Shown in pieces: positions 1-13,500 of a stretch of 64,000 nt of DNA. The DNA is from the human T2T-CHM13v2.0 reference genome, Homo sapiens. The notes below the pieces were generated by a model that was not told the origin of the DNA, did no database searches, and saw only the letters and a list, made by a program, of their open reading frames with translations. The translations under genes and the position numbers were made by a program. The stretch lies in NCBI RefSeq assembly GCF_009914755.1, contig NC_060925.1; one strand, written 5' to 3'. Numbering within the stretch: position 1 is the first letter of the stretch; each line of letters opens with the position of its first letter.

Positions 1-163
1 TGGAGCTGAGGAAAAGGAAGCGGGCTAGGGGAAAATTTTGGAGTTGGCGGGAATGTTGGTTAACTCAGATGGAATATGCCTGTAAAATTGCATTAGCTAT
101 GTGGAACACTGGTTATTTTCTTCAAAAGACAATTGAATTGCTGAATTTATCCAGTTACACAAT

Positions 164-362
164 AGCACAGTCCAATGCAACTTTCAACAATGATAGAAAT
201 GTTCTACATCTGCATTGTCTGATGTGGTAGCCACTAGGTACTACAGGTTGCTATCTAGCCTTTAAAGTGACCAATAAGACTGAAAAACTGAACTTTAAAT
301 GTTACTTAATTTCAGTGGTTTAAATAGCAACATGTAGCTAGTGATGTCACCGGCCAGTACAA
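164..362 (+). mobile_element. MER3 (hAT-Charlie DNA transposon)
   Basis: gtccaatgcaactttc...gatagaaatgttctacatctgc...gtagccactag follows the MER3 consensus. Confidence 0.75.
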
Positions 363-1074
363 TTCTAAACTATTACGCACATATATAATTCAATTTGCTT
401 TTTAAATCCTGCTACTTATATCTCATGGCTACTGTAATGTTACATCATGCTTGGGTGGATATTTTGGGTTATATTATTCTAGTTTGGAAAAGTATGTTTA
501 ATAAATCATCTACAAATTATACACCCAGACACCTGAAACCATAAATTAAAAAAACAAATAAAAAGATCTCTTACTGGCTTGTAGCTTTCATAAAGCCATT
601 TTTTAGTGGCTGAGATAGGTAGTCATGCCTGGGACCCTAACTTTGGGAGGTCAGACAGTGACTGGAGAGCAGTGCAGCACTTAATATAAGTGAGACATGA
701 GAAATATTGAGAGAGGCACAAAGAAGTCCAAGATGGAACATCCAGTAAGTGGCAGAGCCAGGATTTGGACCCAGTAGTCTGGTTCTAGGGTTTGTGCATT
801 AACCCACCATGCTCTATTACGACACTCCATTTCCTGAGAAACCACACGTATAAAGCACCATACTTAGTTTTGCAGGTTCTTAGGCTTGAAAGGGTCTCCA
901 ATAGTCCCTTATTATTCACTATAACATTCCTTCCAGTGAATTGTCCTGCTTCATTATGAATTCACCTCGTATCAAGAAACTCGCTATCTCCCAAAGCTGT
1001 GTGTTTTATATCTGGCCTTTTCTGACTTTAATGAAGTTAAAAATACTCACATAGCTGATAATATCATTATTTTA

Positions 1075-1550
1075 GCCAATATATTTTTGTTGAACAACTA
1101 TTACATCCCAGGCATTAGGGATACTGTAGTGAGTAAAACAAAGTTTCTGTCCTCAAGAAACTTGAAGTTGAAGGAGACAAATAATAGGCAACAAATATGT
1201 ATGCCAGCTGTTGAAGATTGCTATGGAAAAAAAAATGCAGTAAGTTGGGGTAAGGAGTTTCAGGGCTGGAGAGGAGCTAGTTCACATAGGGAAGGTCCAT
1301 GGATGCTTCTTGGAGATGTGAAGGGAGTGAGGAAATGAGCCAAGTGACACCTGGGAGGGAGAATGAGCCAGGCACAGGGAACAGCAAGTGTAAGGTGGGA
1401 GAGACCTTCGTGTGTGTGAGGAAGACCACTGAGACTGGTATGGCTGGAGCAGAATGAGGGAGAGAGGTGAGGTCAGAGAAGTATGGAGGGGTGGAGGGGA
1501 CCATGGAGGGTCTTGTCAGCTATGGTAATGACTCTGGCTTTTACTCAGAG
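1075..1550 (-). mobile_element. L2 LINE 3' fragment
   Basis: ttgaacaactattacatcccaggc...gggatactgtagtgagtaaaaca is the antisense L2 tail. Confidence 0.7.
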
Positions 1551-4500
1551 TAAAATTGTTTTCTACAGCAGTTTCTCTGTACTTGTACATAATCCATGCA
1601 TATCCTTCACGTCTTTCACATCCATCATCTTCCTTTCCATCTGCTGTGCTCTCACTCTGGCTGGGGCTGGCATCGCTTCTGGAACGGGCCATGGTAAAGT
1701 CTCCAAGCAAGTCCTCTTCACCTGCCTCGTCCCCCTCTGATCCATTCCAGCACAGTGAGTCCACACTGTTCCTCTGAAAGCACAGGTCTTGTGGAGTCAC
1801 CCATTACTCATGGAAAGAGTTTGCTGTCTCTGTGTGCCCTTAAGGTTTGAACCTTAACAGACCTTTTACACTGCACAGCCAACCTTTTACACTGACCTCC
1901 CCCTACTTCTGAACAAATACTCCATTCCTTTGCCAAAGGTGATACATCCCCAGTCCCTGAAGTTCCCACTTTTGTGCTCATGTTATTTTCTAACCTGGAG
2001 CGCCTTCCCTTCTACCTTCACATGGCAAAAAACTTGCTCATTTTTTTCAATTGCTTCTCACACATCTCTAATCTCATGAAGACTTTCTTCATCTTTCTGT
2101 TTGATGAGATTTAAGGTTCCCATAACCCCTATTGTCCTCTTCTAGGATAATCAATATATTTGACTGATATTTTATTAGATGTGTGTTCTTGCCTTTCCTC
2201 ACTATTCAATTGTAACCTCTTTAACAGCAGGTGAACTTGGGGCTCCACTAGGCCATTTGATGCCTTTTGGGAGAATTGGAAAAAGGCATCCTTTTATCTG
2301 AGTAAATGCAAGTCAGCATCAGAGACTATGGCTTGACAATCCAGGTAGCAGGGCTGGATTTCTGGACATATTCACTCCTTGGACCAGGCAGCCTTGGGCA
2401 GGACACAACCTCACACCTTTATGTGGTGGCTCTGAAAACACTGTATTACCCATTTTTGGATCTCTGGTACTGCCTTATATAGTGTCCTTTCCTGCCCTAA
2501 ATAAAACCTTGAAATATGTTGAATTGAATTTCAACTCTGATTTGATGCATGTGAAAACCAAAAGAAAAGAGCATGTTGTATTTGTGCATTTGGGGTTGAT
2601 GGGTGGGTTCATCTGTGGACACTAGAGCTTCATGTTTTGATCACTTCTCGAGCAATAGTTCAAGAATTGATGGTAGTGCAAGGCCAACATAGAAGACTGT
2701 GGATTTGGAGTACACAGCAGCAAAATGGCTCATTTTCAAGTTGATCATTGTATTCTGGACTTGAAGGTCAGTTTTATGTTGAGGCATGCTTTTGCCCAGC
2801 TAATAGATTAACGGGTGTGCATAAACATGTCAGGTGTAAGTAGTTCACGTGGATGGGGAAAAAGTAGCAACTGTCGATCAAGCAAGATAGAGGGTCTAAG
2901 AGGCAACTTGTCCTGAGATCAAGTTGGGAGATCTTGAGCAAATTAGTTAATGGCTTAAGACTCAATGTTCCCATCTGTGAAATGGCAAGATATTAATAAA
3001 TTCACAACTTAAAGAATTGTTATGCAGACTTACTACAATTAATGTGAAGTGCCTATCCTGGAGCTGGCACTTCAAAAATAGTTGTTCTATGTATCAATAC
3101 CCTAAGTAAACAGAAGTATCCCTGGTACAGAAAGAACCAAGAAGAAACAAAGTAGTGGAGATGGTTATTGGTCAGTTTTTGAATTCCTGTGCACTTTCTG
3201 TCCTGGGATATGCATTGTTTTAATAGGCTGGTTAATGTTTCTCTCTCTCTCTGTCTCTCCCCCTCTCTCACACACGTGCAGGCTCACATACAATTAAGTG
3301 TTCTATGAACTTTTGGCTACGCTTTAAGTATAATTTCATTTAAAGCCATGCCATGTTCCAATTTGAGGCCCCAGATTTAATAGAATGTGACCTTGATTCC
3401 AAGTTTTAAGGGAGGAAAAATGTTTTACAAACTATGCCAGCGAGAGTGCAATTTCTCCACCATTTTAGAGGGTCACGCTAATGCCAGAGCATGTCCCGGG
3501 GCTCTGCCTGGGCAGCACGCTCACTAATGAGCAATCCATAGCCACCCTTCATAATTTTAGAGTTAGACAGTTTACCTTCATGTAGGGAAGAGTGCCCCAG
3601 GCAATGGTCATTGCTTGGGGAGAGTAGCAGAGCTTCTCTCTGGGTATAAATGAAGTCCCTGGAGGTAACAAGGCATTTTTGTATTTCAGGCCTTGTCTCT
3701 CTCAAAGTGATCTTTGGTAGACATTGCAGGCACTTATGTATTCATGTGTGCTCATCCAGGGAGTACAGACTTCAACATCAAGACCTAGTTGGAATCCTAG
3801 CTCAGGGAGATCTTGAGCAGATGACTGAGTCTTTTAGGGCCCATTTGTAAAGTTGAGGGATAAGCTTAAATTTTCTGGGATGTTACACATATTCAAATGG
3901 GCAATCTAGTCATCCTTGAAGGCATCTGGCACAAAACTCTCTGCACAAGATTCTTTCCCTAGTATAGCTGGAGCTAAAAATATACTTATTAATACATATT
4001 TGATTACATTTTAAATTCTTAATTAAATACTTAATATTTGATTACATATTTATTAATAAATGGATTTTGTTCCTTCTTCTTCAGTGAAGTACCCTACATC
4101 ACCTTATTAGCATTTCATAAGTGCTCAAAATCTCACCACTTGTTTCTAGTTTCCATTCATGCCACACATTAGACATGAGTTCTCCTCTAAGCTAGTTAAG
4201 GCTTAGGGTATGATGAAATGGGACAGAAGAGTTAGTCTGGAGAAGGGAACTTAGGTAGCAAGACTCGGTGGTGAAGTGAAGTTGAGATTTCAGCAGTATC
4301 TGTTTTCCAGGCTCTTCAGGGGGCCTCCAGATCTCCTTCCTCATTGGCCTCCTGGCCAGCAGCTGATCTCACTGTTACACTCTTATCAGAGTTTCTAGGA
4401 ATCTCCTGGCTAGTGAACGCTTTGTTCAACCACTGGGCTCTGACACCCGACTCTGCCTTGACCTCAGGCTTTTTTGTACTCCCTAAATCCAGTTGCCTGT

Positions 4501-5904
4501 GCCATGCCAGCCCCAGTCCTTCCATGTATTTATGGTCTTGTCCTTTCTGGATCCAGCATATTTCCAGACCTGCCTCTTCAACTTACTGTCATCTACAGTC
4601 CCACTGCTAACATATGTCTTCTGTTTGATCAAACTGTGAGGTCTCTGAGACCCCAGGGCCATTGCCACAGTGAAAATACCATCTTAGAGGAGGACAGGGA
4701 GCAAAGAGAAAGCCAGAAGTAAACTTCTGCAAGGAAGAACTTTCAAAGTCCCTTCTCATACCCTGAAGAATGTGAGTGTCAGAGTTTTTAGGGAAAAAAA
4801 TAATTTGTAGATCAAGTCTCTTTTGGCTCTTTGAGGAGTTTTCCAAATTTCTTCTGGGAGGCCCCAATTTCTGTGGCTGGAGTATGGAAACCCACACCTG
4901 GGAGGCCTGCTTGTCTTTTCCGTGGCTGTCTTTATCCTGAGCATTCCTGAGAGGTACGGATAGTCCCCGCTAGTGGCCTGGCCCCAGGTTCTGTGGGAAG
5001 GAATGCAGCTACACTCAGACATTCCAGTTGCTGCTCAAACCCAGTGGCACTTCATTAAGTCCTGGGCCACTCCTCTCTTTTGAGTGTTTGCTGGCTTGCC
5101 GTGGCAACCAGATACCCTTTCTTTATGTTCCCCCCACTTTGCCCTACTCTAGTCAGCTCCATCACCAACACCTCTATGTGGGCATTTTCTGATCTCCTAG
5201 TTGCCAAGGGACATAGAAGCTACAGGGTGAGGATCCAAACATCTTCCTTCATCGGATACCCAAAAGTGAAACTGTCTGGAAGATGCAGAAGTCTGAAGTG
5301 CATTACACTGACCTTCCTGGTCAGGAGTTACCATGGTGTACATCTAAGTGAGTGTGGTAGAATGTGTCTGTCCTCTAACTGTATAGACATCCCAGTAGCT
5401 GGGATGGTCTGTCTGAAAATATGGCCAGGCCAGGATGATAGTTACACATTGTAGGTTAAGCCAGTGTAGGTTAAATTTCAGTGAGCTCAGAGATGGGAGG
5501 AGTTCTGGAGTTTCTATTTCTACCTATGCCAATAAACACATATCACCAGGAGCCTTGAAAGTGCACAGGCCCAGAGCCATAGTTGCGCCTCCTCCATGGC
5601 AGGGACTGCCTCTGTGCTAATGACCCGGATGCAGCAGCAAGGCTGGGAAATATAAAAAAGATTGCTATGTCTTGTTTGTTGGAAGGCTTCCAGTTTTGCT
5701 GTATGCAAGAACTGTGTGCATTGCCCCCCTCCTCCTAGATTACAAAACAAACAAAAAAAGCATTTAATCAAATTTTGCTGTTAGTTCAGTTCACTCACCA
5801 TGTTGAACTAATGTAGAAAGGAAGGTGATTTCAGTGAGCAACATGGCAGCATTGCAGAGTGGTACAAAGGGGATATCCTAGCCTCCCATGCTTAACGGGA
5901 GCTC

Positions 5905-6102
5905 CCAGCTGTATGGTCTTAGACCAGTTAATCTAAGTCTGACAAAAAGGAACTGAAGTTTGCAACATCTTATCTGTAACATGTAGATAGTGGTAGTATC
6001 TTTTCATAGGGTTGTTCGGTGATTTAGACAAGAGATACTATGCAAAAGTGCTTATATGGTGCTTGGTACATAATTAGTCATCAATAAACATTAGTTGCTG
6101 TT
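5905..6102 (+). mobile_element. MIR SINE
   Basis: tcatagggttgtt...gcttggtacataattagtcatcaataaacattag. Confidence 0.7.
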
Positions 6103-6457
6103 AAAAACAATAGCATCTTCGGCAACAAAGAAACCTCACATACAATAATCAAACCTCTTAAAGGAAGTTCAATTTCAGATTCAAAAGATCTTTGGCACAT
6201 AAAAAAATGATGAGCAATGGAAACTTGGAACATATTTTCTTGCTACCCTATCTTGTTACGAAGAGAAAGCAACTGGGGAAGGATAACGTTGGTGAAACAT
6301 GTGGTCTCGTTTCAGTGTCTAAGGAACACTGAAGGGGATTCTGGAGTGATAATATTAGTTGAACACCTACTAGGCATATTCTTGCCACTGCACTAAGTAA
6401 TTTCAAGAGTCTTATCTTGTTCCATCTTCAGACTGCTTGTTGCAGTTAGTAAGCTAC

Positions 6458-7330
6458 TGTGTCATGGCTGAAACCCATCCTCTGTCCTCTGCTTCGTGAT
6501 GCTGCTTTTGGAACACAACAAACCAGTTCCTTTTTATCAGTCAGTCCATGTTAGATTTTGTTGATGGGGGCATCAGAGGGAGACTGGAAGGAAGAAGGGA
6601 GAGGGGCTGGTGCCTTCCTGTTGGCTGGATGTTCAACTCAGCAGCTTCCAACCAATGGCTTCTCACAGGGGTGACAGCAGTGTATTCCTGTCTCTTTCAT
6701 CTTTGTGCATTAAAGAACCAGCCTGTGCCAGGCACGGTGGCTCACGCCTCTAATCCCAGCACTTTGGGAGGCCGAGGCAGGCGGATCACTTTAGGCCAGG
6801 ACTTCAAGACCAACCTGGCCAACATGGCGAAACCCTGTCTCTACTAAAAATACAAAAATTAGCCAGGCATGGTGGTGCCCAGCTACTCAAGGAACTGAGG
6901 CAGGAGTATCACTTGAACCCAGGAAGCAGGAGTATTGCTTGAACCCAGGAAGCAGAGGTTGCAGTAAGTCGAGATTGTGCCACTGCACTCCAGCCAGGGC
7001 AACAGAGTAGGACTCTGTCTCAAAGATAAATAAATGAATAAATAAACAAAATAAAATAAAGAACCAGCCTCACTATATTCTTCCAAAGAAGTCCCAGCAC
7101 CAGGCAAATGACCCCTCCTTTTTGAGGGAATCTAGTTTTTAGTAAACCAAATTCCTCCCTTTGCTCTCCCAGCCCTAAAGGTTGTGGCTGCATCCTGCAG
7201 TTATATTAATACCTCTGTAATTTCTCAGTGTTTCAGATATTTTTGCTTTGTTTGGCTCTCCAGAACCTTTTCACCAATTCCTGATATTAAATTCTCTCTG
7301 CCAAAGTCTTGACTGGAGCCTTACTGATGC
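6458..7330. mobile_element. LTR33-like ERVL LTR interrupted by an Alu
   Basis: gggggcatcagagggagactggaagg motif; LTR-like sequence resumes after the Alu TSD. Confidence 0.55.
6727..7059 (+). mobile_element. AluS with an internal 26-bp tandem duplication
   Basis: Alu consensus; TSD aaagaaccagcct at 6712-6724 and 7058-7070. Confidence 0.93.
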
Positions 7331-8004
7331 ATTGCTCAAGTGGCAGAAACAGATGGAAACTGAAATTTTTCATTTTCTGCCATCTAAGATACCAAATCAA
7401 CACTGTTAGGACTTTTAAAAAAATACTGATTTACAAATAAAAATGGCAGCTCAGAAAACATAAGGGAAATGCCATGAAATTGATGTGTAAGTAGTGGGGT
7501 TAGCAAATCTCAGACATGTAGTTTGTTCTCACTCTATTTCCATTTTCAACATGTAATTAACTTATGTTCCCCTTTGTATATGCCATAAGTTATATACAAT
7601 ATGTGATGCATACATAATAGATTTTCCTAAATAGTCTGAACTTTGAGTATTCCACACCTATTTTGGCCCTATAAATTATGCAAGACAAATGCATGGCACG
7701 TATCTTGCTATTTGCCATTTCAATATCTGTATGAAGTATTGATCATGCATCTCATCACTCTTTCTGGCCAGGTACAGATCCATTCTCAGAATCTTTTTCA
7801 AGTCAGTTTTCCAGGCAGCCACTGCTGCTTGATCAAATTTAGCACTCAAGTGGAAACCTATTTGTCACCCCTGCAATCAATCTTAGAATTCATAAAAATG
7901 TACTTACTTTTGGCATAAAATTGTTATCTTCCAGATTGTTTTTCAAATCCTAAAGAGTTACAAAATTTCTATGTCAGACGATATGTACTAACTTTTAGTT
8001 TGAA

Positions 8005-8450
8005 GTATATATTAATCAAGACCTAGTCAGGAAAGCAAAATACATTTTAGGTAATTCCACAGAGGAAGTTCAAGATGAGAAACCAATTAGGAAGACTTTG
8101 GGATTATAGAAGGACAAATAGGAGCAACCTATCAGATTAGCAACATCAGGGCGCAGCTCCTGCTTTGAGGGGATGGAAGGTCACACGGAGGAGACAGAGG
8201 TCATGAAGGAGATGCTGGAGATGCCATCTGAGGCAGGGAGAAGGGGAAATACCCTGGCTGCCGTCTTCTTCCTTTCCTCCAATCATCTACAACTCCTCTG
8301 ACTGTCCCAACACGCTGGAAGCCTGTTGACAAAGGAGTGTGGGAAAAGTTTCAATAGTTTATAAGAGTCAGCACTATGTGATACAGAACAGAACAGTGGA
8401 AGGTTGGAAAATGGATGTGAGAACAAAGAGGCAGTGGCTGATTAGGAGTA
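8005..8450 (-). mobile_element. Ancient ERVL-class LTR remnant (LTR40/41/79-like) hosting the candidate distal exon
   Basis: Starts tatattaatcaagacctagtcaggaaagc and ends cagaacag...ggatgtgagaacaaa, resembling old ERVL LTR ends. Family uncertain. Confidence 0.45.
8283..8322 (-). CDS. ASTN1: Candidate alternative distal last exon of ASTN1, coding part (R)LPACWDSQRSCR*
   Basis: Acceptor ctcctttgtcaacag|G is in the phase needed by the exon-22 donor. Twelve codons, then TGA. A variant signal ACTAAA is at 7999-7994. Fits my unverified recollection of an annotated isoform 12 aa longer than the short form. Confidence 0.6.
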
Positions 8451-9529
8451 TGTGCTTTACTGTTATTTTCAGTGGTCATCAGGACAAAACGGCATGTAAG
8501 GCACATTCAGCCTTAGTTTTATCTGTGGGCACTTAAGTCCTTCCAAACCACAGGGACAGGGCGTGAGTCGGTTTCATCTCTAAGTTGGTATTTCAGAGAA
8601 CACTGCCTGACTCATTGGACACCAATAGCCTCAGGGGCACTTGACATTTGAATTATTTGAAACAAAGGAAGTTGCTCCTAATTATTAAGCACAAAATATG
8701 GCTAAAGTTCTCCCACTGAGAAAGATAGTAAGGAATCCATTACACTAATTTGTACTCCCATGTGAGCAAGCATATCATAGACTCTAACAAAAGGCAGATT
8801 TGGTGAAGAAACATGATGTCAAAACCTGTCTCTAGGGGAATCAATCCAATTACAGCAGACACTGCAAACTACCAGAACAAAGAGTTTTATTTATTTATTT
8901 TCTCACTTTGGAATAGTGCAGACATGAGCCAAGTCCTGGACTCCCACATATGTCCACAGAAATTGTAAAATTTTATTATATAATGTTGAGGTTTCATTTG
9001 AAATCAAACTGCTCATTAACTGCTCACTTGATGTGACAATAAAATAGGAGTTGCTGGTGGGAGCAGGGTTAGGAGGCATTAGGTTATCAAAACATATCAA
9101 GCTATGCTGTCCTCAGGGCAGTAGGCATTTGTTCCCCAAGTTCTCACCCAAGCATTGAGTGTTACCATGGATGCATGCAGAAAACAGAGACTGGCACAAA
9201 AAGAACCATTAAAGCATAGTAAAAGGCAACATTGAACATACGGAGTGAGAGTCACAATTTCTTGGCTCTGAATCATCCTCACGTGACAGACGGAAAATAA
9301 AATAAAAAACCCAAACCAAGCTAAACAACTAAACAAACAAGAATAGACAATCTGCTCAGCTTGTGAAGGTAATCTATGTGCCCTAAGTTGATTTCCTAAA
9401 GGCATTACTGGGTTTGCACTGGCCAACCACACTCTCTCTTATTGTCTGACATGGGGTAACTGGGCTGTGACTTGCAAAAATCTCAGTGGGACGAGTCTTT
9501 CCCTTGTTAGAGAAGCAAACTCATTAATC

Positions 9530-9740
9530 ATGATGGCAGTATAGTGTAAGGGTTTGTGTCAGACAGCCCTTGGTCAAAATGACTGGACTTCCATTTAACT
9601 GTGAACTTGGGCAAGATATATAAAGATACTGAGACTCTGCTTCTTCTTTCTTAAGAGTATTTACTTCAGACTTGCAATGAAGATTGATGAATATTATGCA
9701 GTTCAAGTGTTTAGCACAGTGCCTGGCACATAATAAGTAT
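9530..9740 (+). mobile_element. MIR SINE
   Basis: ctgtgaacttgggcaag...ttagcacagtgcctggcacataataag. Confidence 0.7.
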
Positions 9741-10174
9741 GGGGTATGCACATTTGCATCCAAAAAGTTCCAAATACAAAGGGACAGAAAAACAAAGTAA
9801 AATTGGAAGAAACCCTTCTCTTCCAATGTTTTTTCCTTGTCCCAAATTGTCCACTCCCTTCTCTGTCTTTCTTTTCCCAGCTCTGGAACAATTCTCTTCT
9901 TCTCCTGGAATTCCTATCTGGGCTCTAAGGTTTACCCCCTCAGAAGTATTAGGATACAGTGCCCCACCCTTCTTCTTGCTCCCCTCCATGGAGGCAGAGA
10001 CCCACTTCATTGGTGATGGGGACATTGTGGATGTAGCCCAGCCTCCATAAGTTCTCATCTCCTTTCCACAGTGAATTCATGCCCAGGGCAGGGCTTACCT
10101 AAATATTCTGTCACTGAGTGGATGGAAAGGCACTGTTGACCCCTGACTGGATTATTTTTATTTAAAAGACCCCT

Positions 10175-10478
<304 letters not shown>

Positions 10479-10479
10479 T

Positions 10480-10987
10480 CCTTAGTGGCTTAAGGCAATA
10501 ACCATTTTATTATGTTACATAATTTGGTGAGGGGGACAGATATTCAGGAGGAGCTTGCAGGGTGATTATTCTCTTTCATGTGGTATTGGTGGAGGTTGCT
10601 TGGTGGTATGCAACTAGGATACCACCAGTCTTGGGGTCTCAATACAGCTTCATTCACCTGTTTGGTTCTTTGGCATGGTTATCTGAGCTGGGACTGTGGA
10701 CCAGAGTGCTGCCATGTGACCACTCCAGCTTGGTGGTCTCAGCACAGTGGCCTTGAATTTCTTAGGTGGTGGCTCAGAGCTCCGAGAGCAAGAGTTCCAG
10801 AGAAGCAGGCAGAAGCCCTAAGGCCTTTTACGACTTAGGCTTGAAAGTCACATAGTGTCACTTCCATTACCATCTGTTGGCCAAAATAGTTATAAACCTG
10901 CCCAGATCCAAAGGGAGAGGCAGTAGATCACACTTTATATGGGAGGGGTGTCAAAGAATCTGTGGCCATGTTTTAAAACTGCTACAG
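10480..10987 (-). mobile_element. MLT1 (MaLR) LTR
   Basis: ttagtggcttaaggcaataaccattttatt ... gtggccatgttttaaaactgctaca. Confidence 0.7.
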
Positions 10988-11757
10988 TCATCATCTTCTT
11001 TTAATTGCCCCTGCTTGGGCAGGGACTTGGATTCTGATCATTACTTTTCAAGAGGACCTATTAAGTCCAGGCACTTACCACCTGATTGTTGAAGAATTTA
11101 AATAGAATCACATATTTTGATGGTAGCTGAGATAATCTCTATTTAAAGTGGCATTGTAGAGAGAAAGAAAGAGATTACGTATTTTGGGCTACCCACCATG
11201 AAGCATTTCATAAGTCAGTCTTCCTCAAATGCTCCTACACAGTGCAAGACAGGAATGTGTCTGGGAGGGCCTTTTGCAACATTTTTCTTCAACATTTTTC
11301 TTAAATGGCCAAAGTATAAATTTCAGCAGTTCTCATAGCATCCTGTGCTTCTTTATCATAGTCCTCCTCACCCTTGTGGTGACAAGTTCAATGCCTAATT
11401 TTCCCCATAGGATGCCACGCTCTCTGATAGAGAACAAGCCTGTACCCTCTGCATCATTCGTAGTGTCTAGAATATAGCAGCTGTGCAACAAATACATTTC
11501 ACCGGCTACTTATTTGGAGAAGGTTGTAGAGAGAAGATGGGACTCACTACTATTATTTAATGATAAGTTTATAATTTGCTATGAAATATTTGATTCTTTT
11601 TTTTTCCAGTTAGAATGATGACTATAAGGCCCATTATGTCTGGAATCTGAAGTGTAACCTTTAAAACCTTAACAAGTTCCCTGATGAGTCTAACCAGTTC
11701 ACTCAGATTACTGAAAGACACAACATCCACATACCCAATGCTTACTAATAGCTTTGT

Positions 11758-11763
11758 TTTATT
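11758..11763 (-). terminator. Canonical polyadenylation signal AATAAA, main ASTN1 isoform
   Basis: Plus-strand tttatt. GT-rich sequence (ggatgtgttgtgtcttt-like) lies downstream on the minus strand. A secondary ATTAAA is at 11904-11899. Confidence 0.8.
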
Positions 11764-12335
11764 ATTCAGTTAATTATTTCATCTTTTATAATCATACAAT
11801 AATTCTCTTTTAAACAACACTGTTATACCTGAAGATGGTCATATTATATTCTTTCTTCCTTCTGCAGTAGTAAAGTGTTTTTCTTCATACTCAGTTTTTT
11901 TAATAGAACATTTGAATATCAAGAAGTGTAGTTAACTAAAAAATAATGAACGGACCAAACTCCATGGAAAACGATTGCACACTCAATTAAAAGTCTAATG
12001 CTATTACAGTGGTTCATGTACATTCAAGAGGAAACTCCAGAGGTCTTGGGGACATGGGAGCTGGGAGAGTGTTGGTGGGATATAAGCACCTCCCTTAAGA
12101 CCTGTTTGGCAGCTTGAAAACTCAAGGTTGAATACCGGTCCAGTACCATCACCCTTTCTAGCCAGGATGGGTTCCTTCAGGTAAGCATTAGGAAAAGTCA
12201 GCAGGTTGAGATCAATAGTGTCTTCCAAGGGGAAAAAATCCTCCAGTCAATTGTACAACCATCCTAAGATTTTCCCCTGCCCTGTTCATATCAGCCTTTT
12301 TAACTTGAATGTAAGTAGGAGCCAGTCATAGGAGT

Positions 12336-12386
12336 TGTGTGCATTGTGTGTGCACACGTGTGTGTGTGTGTACATACATACACACA
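12336..12386. repeat. (TG)n/(CA)n microsatellite in the 3'UTR
   Basis: Seen directly. Confidence 0.85.
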
Positions 12387-13329
12387 TTCAGTGGGGAGAA
12401 CTCAACGAGAAACAGGAGGAAGAAAGTCTTGGGGAAAGAGGAGGCCAAAAAAGGAGGGTCACAGAAAGAAGAAGTAAAAGACAAAGATAAAGAAGGTAGA
12501 GGAACTTGGGAGATTGAGGGAAAGATAGGAGAGAGGAAGATAGTGTGCCTAAAATAAAAACAGAAGGAGAGGGTACAGAGGAGTGACTCTGATACCTGCT
12601 TCACCCTCTCCCTGGCCTGTCAACTCCCACATCATCCACTTCTGGGCAGGAAGGCATCGGCAGCCTCACCCTCCTTTCACTCAAGCTTAAAACACCGTGT
12701 TCTGCACAGATATGAATAGAAGGATGGCAAAACAGTAGCAGCAAAGAGATGCTCTGGGCCCTGTCTGATTGGCCTGTCACATCTTCTCTGGCAATGGTGA
12801 AATATTTGCCCCTTGAGGCACTTTAACTGAGGCTCCAGCATTTGCCACAGGTGGGACAGCCAATTTTTCTGCTGATCTTTGCTTTGAAAGTAGGGGAATC
12901 TCTGAGGCAGGTGCATTAGAGAGTTTGAAATAAATCCTTCAGTGTTTGGAAAGAAGGAGAGAGGAGAGTGAAACCACCCTGTGCTTTATCTCAGCCTCAT
13001 CACAGGCTTCCTTCCCAGTCATGAGGGTGGGGAGGAGGGCCATGTGCAGTGGAACTAGGGGTCCCAAGGGTGCTCTAGCTCCAAAGGCTAAGGGCGTACT
13101 TTCGCCCCTCCTCCTTCCACTGCACAGAGGACATGTCCATGCCACAGATGCTTGGGAAAGGTAAAGCTCTCTGGGCAGGTTCCCTGTGGGGCTGAGAGCT
13201 TGGACAGTTGTGTGCCAGATGATACTGAAAACAGAACTGGGTATCCCAGAGTAGCTAAGATCCTGTGCCCTGGAGACCAACAGCCTGAAATCACACTGAA
13301 ACTCAGTGTGAGTTACAGTGCACAAGGGA

Positions 13330-13500
13330 TTTGAGGCAAGTTGTATAACCTCTCTTTGCCTCGTTTTCCTCAACACTAAAATGGAGACAAGAATAGCACT
13401 TTCCTCAGGAGTTGCTGTGAGAATTCAATGATACCTAAAGTGCTTACATCAGCGCCTGGCATACAGCAAGCACTCAATAAATGTTATCTGTCACTACTAC
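13330..13500 (+). mobile_element. MIR inside the ASTN1 3'UTR (antisense to the mRNA)
   Basis: gaggcaagttgtataacctctctttgcctcgttttcctc...gcactcaataaatgtta. Confidence 0.75.

Noticed and set aside
1516-1800. Several overlapping ORFs with an acidic/Ser-rich peptide suggesting a processed pseudogene fragment
   Set aside because: No parent gene recognised; no poly(A) tail or TSD.
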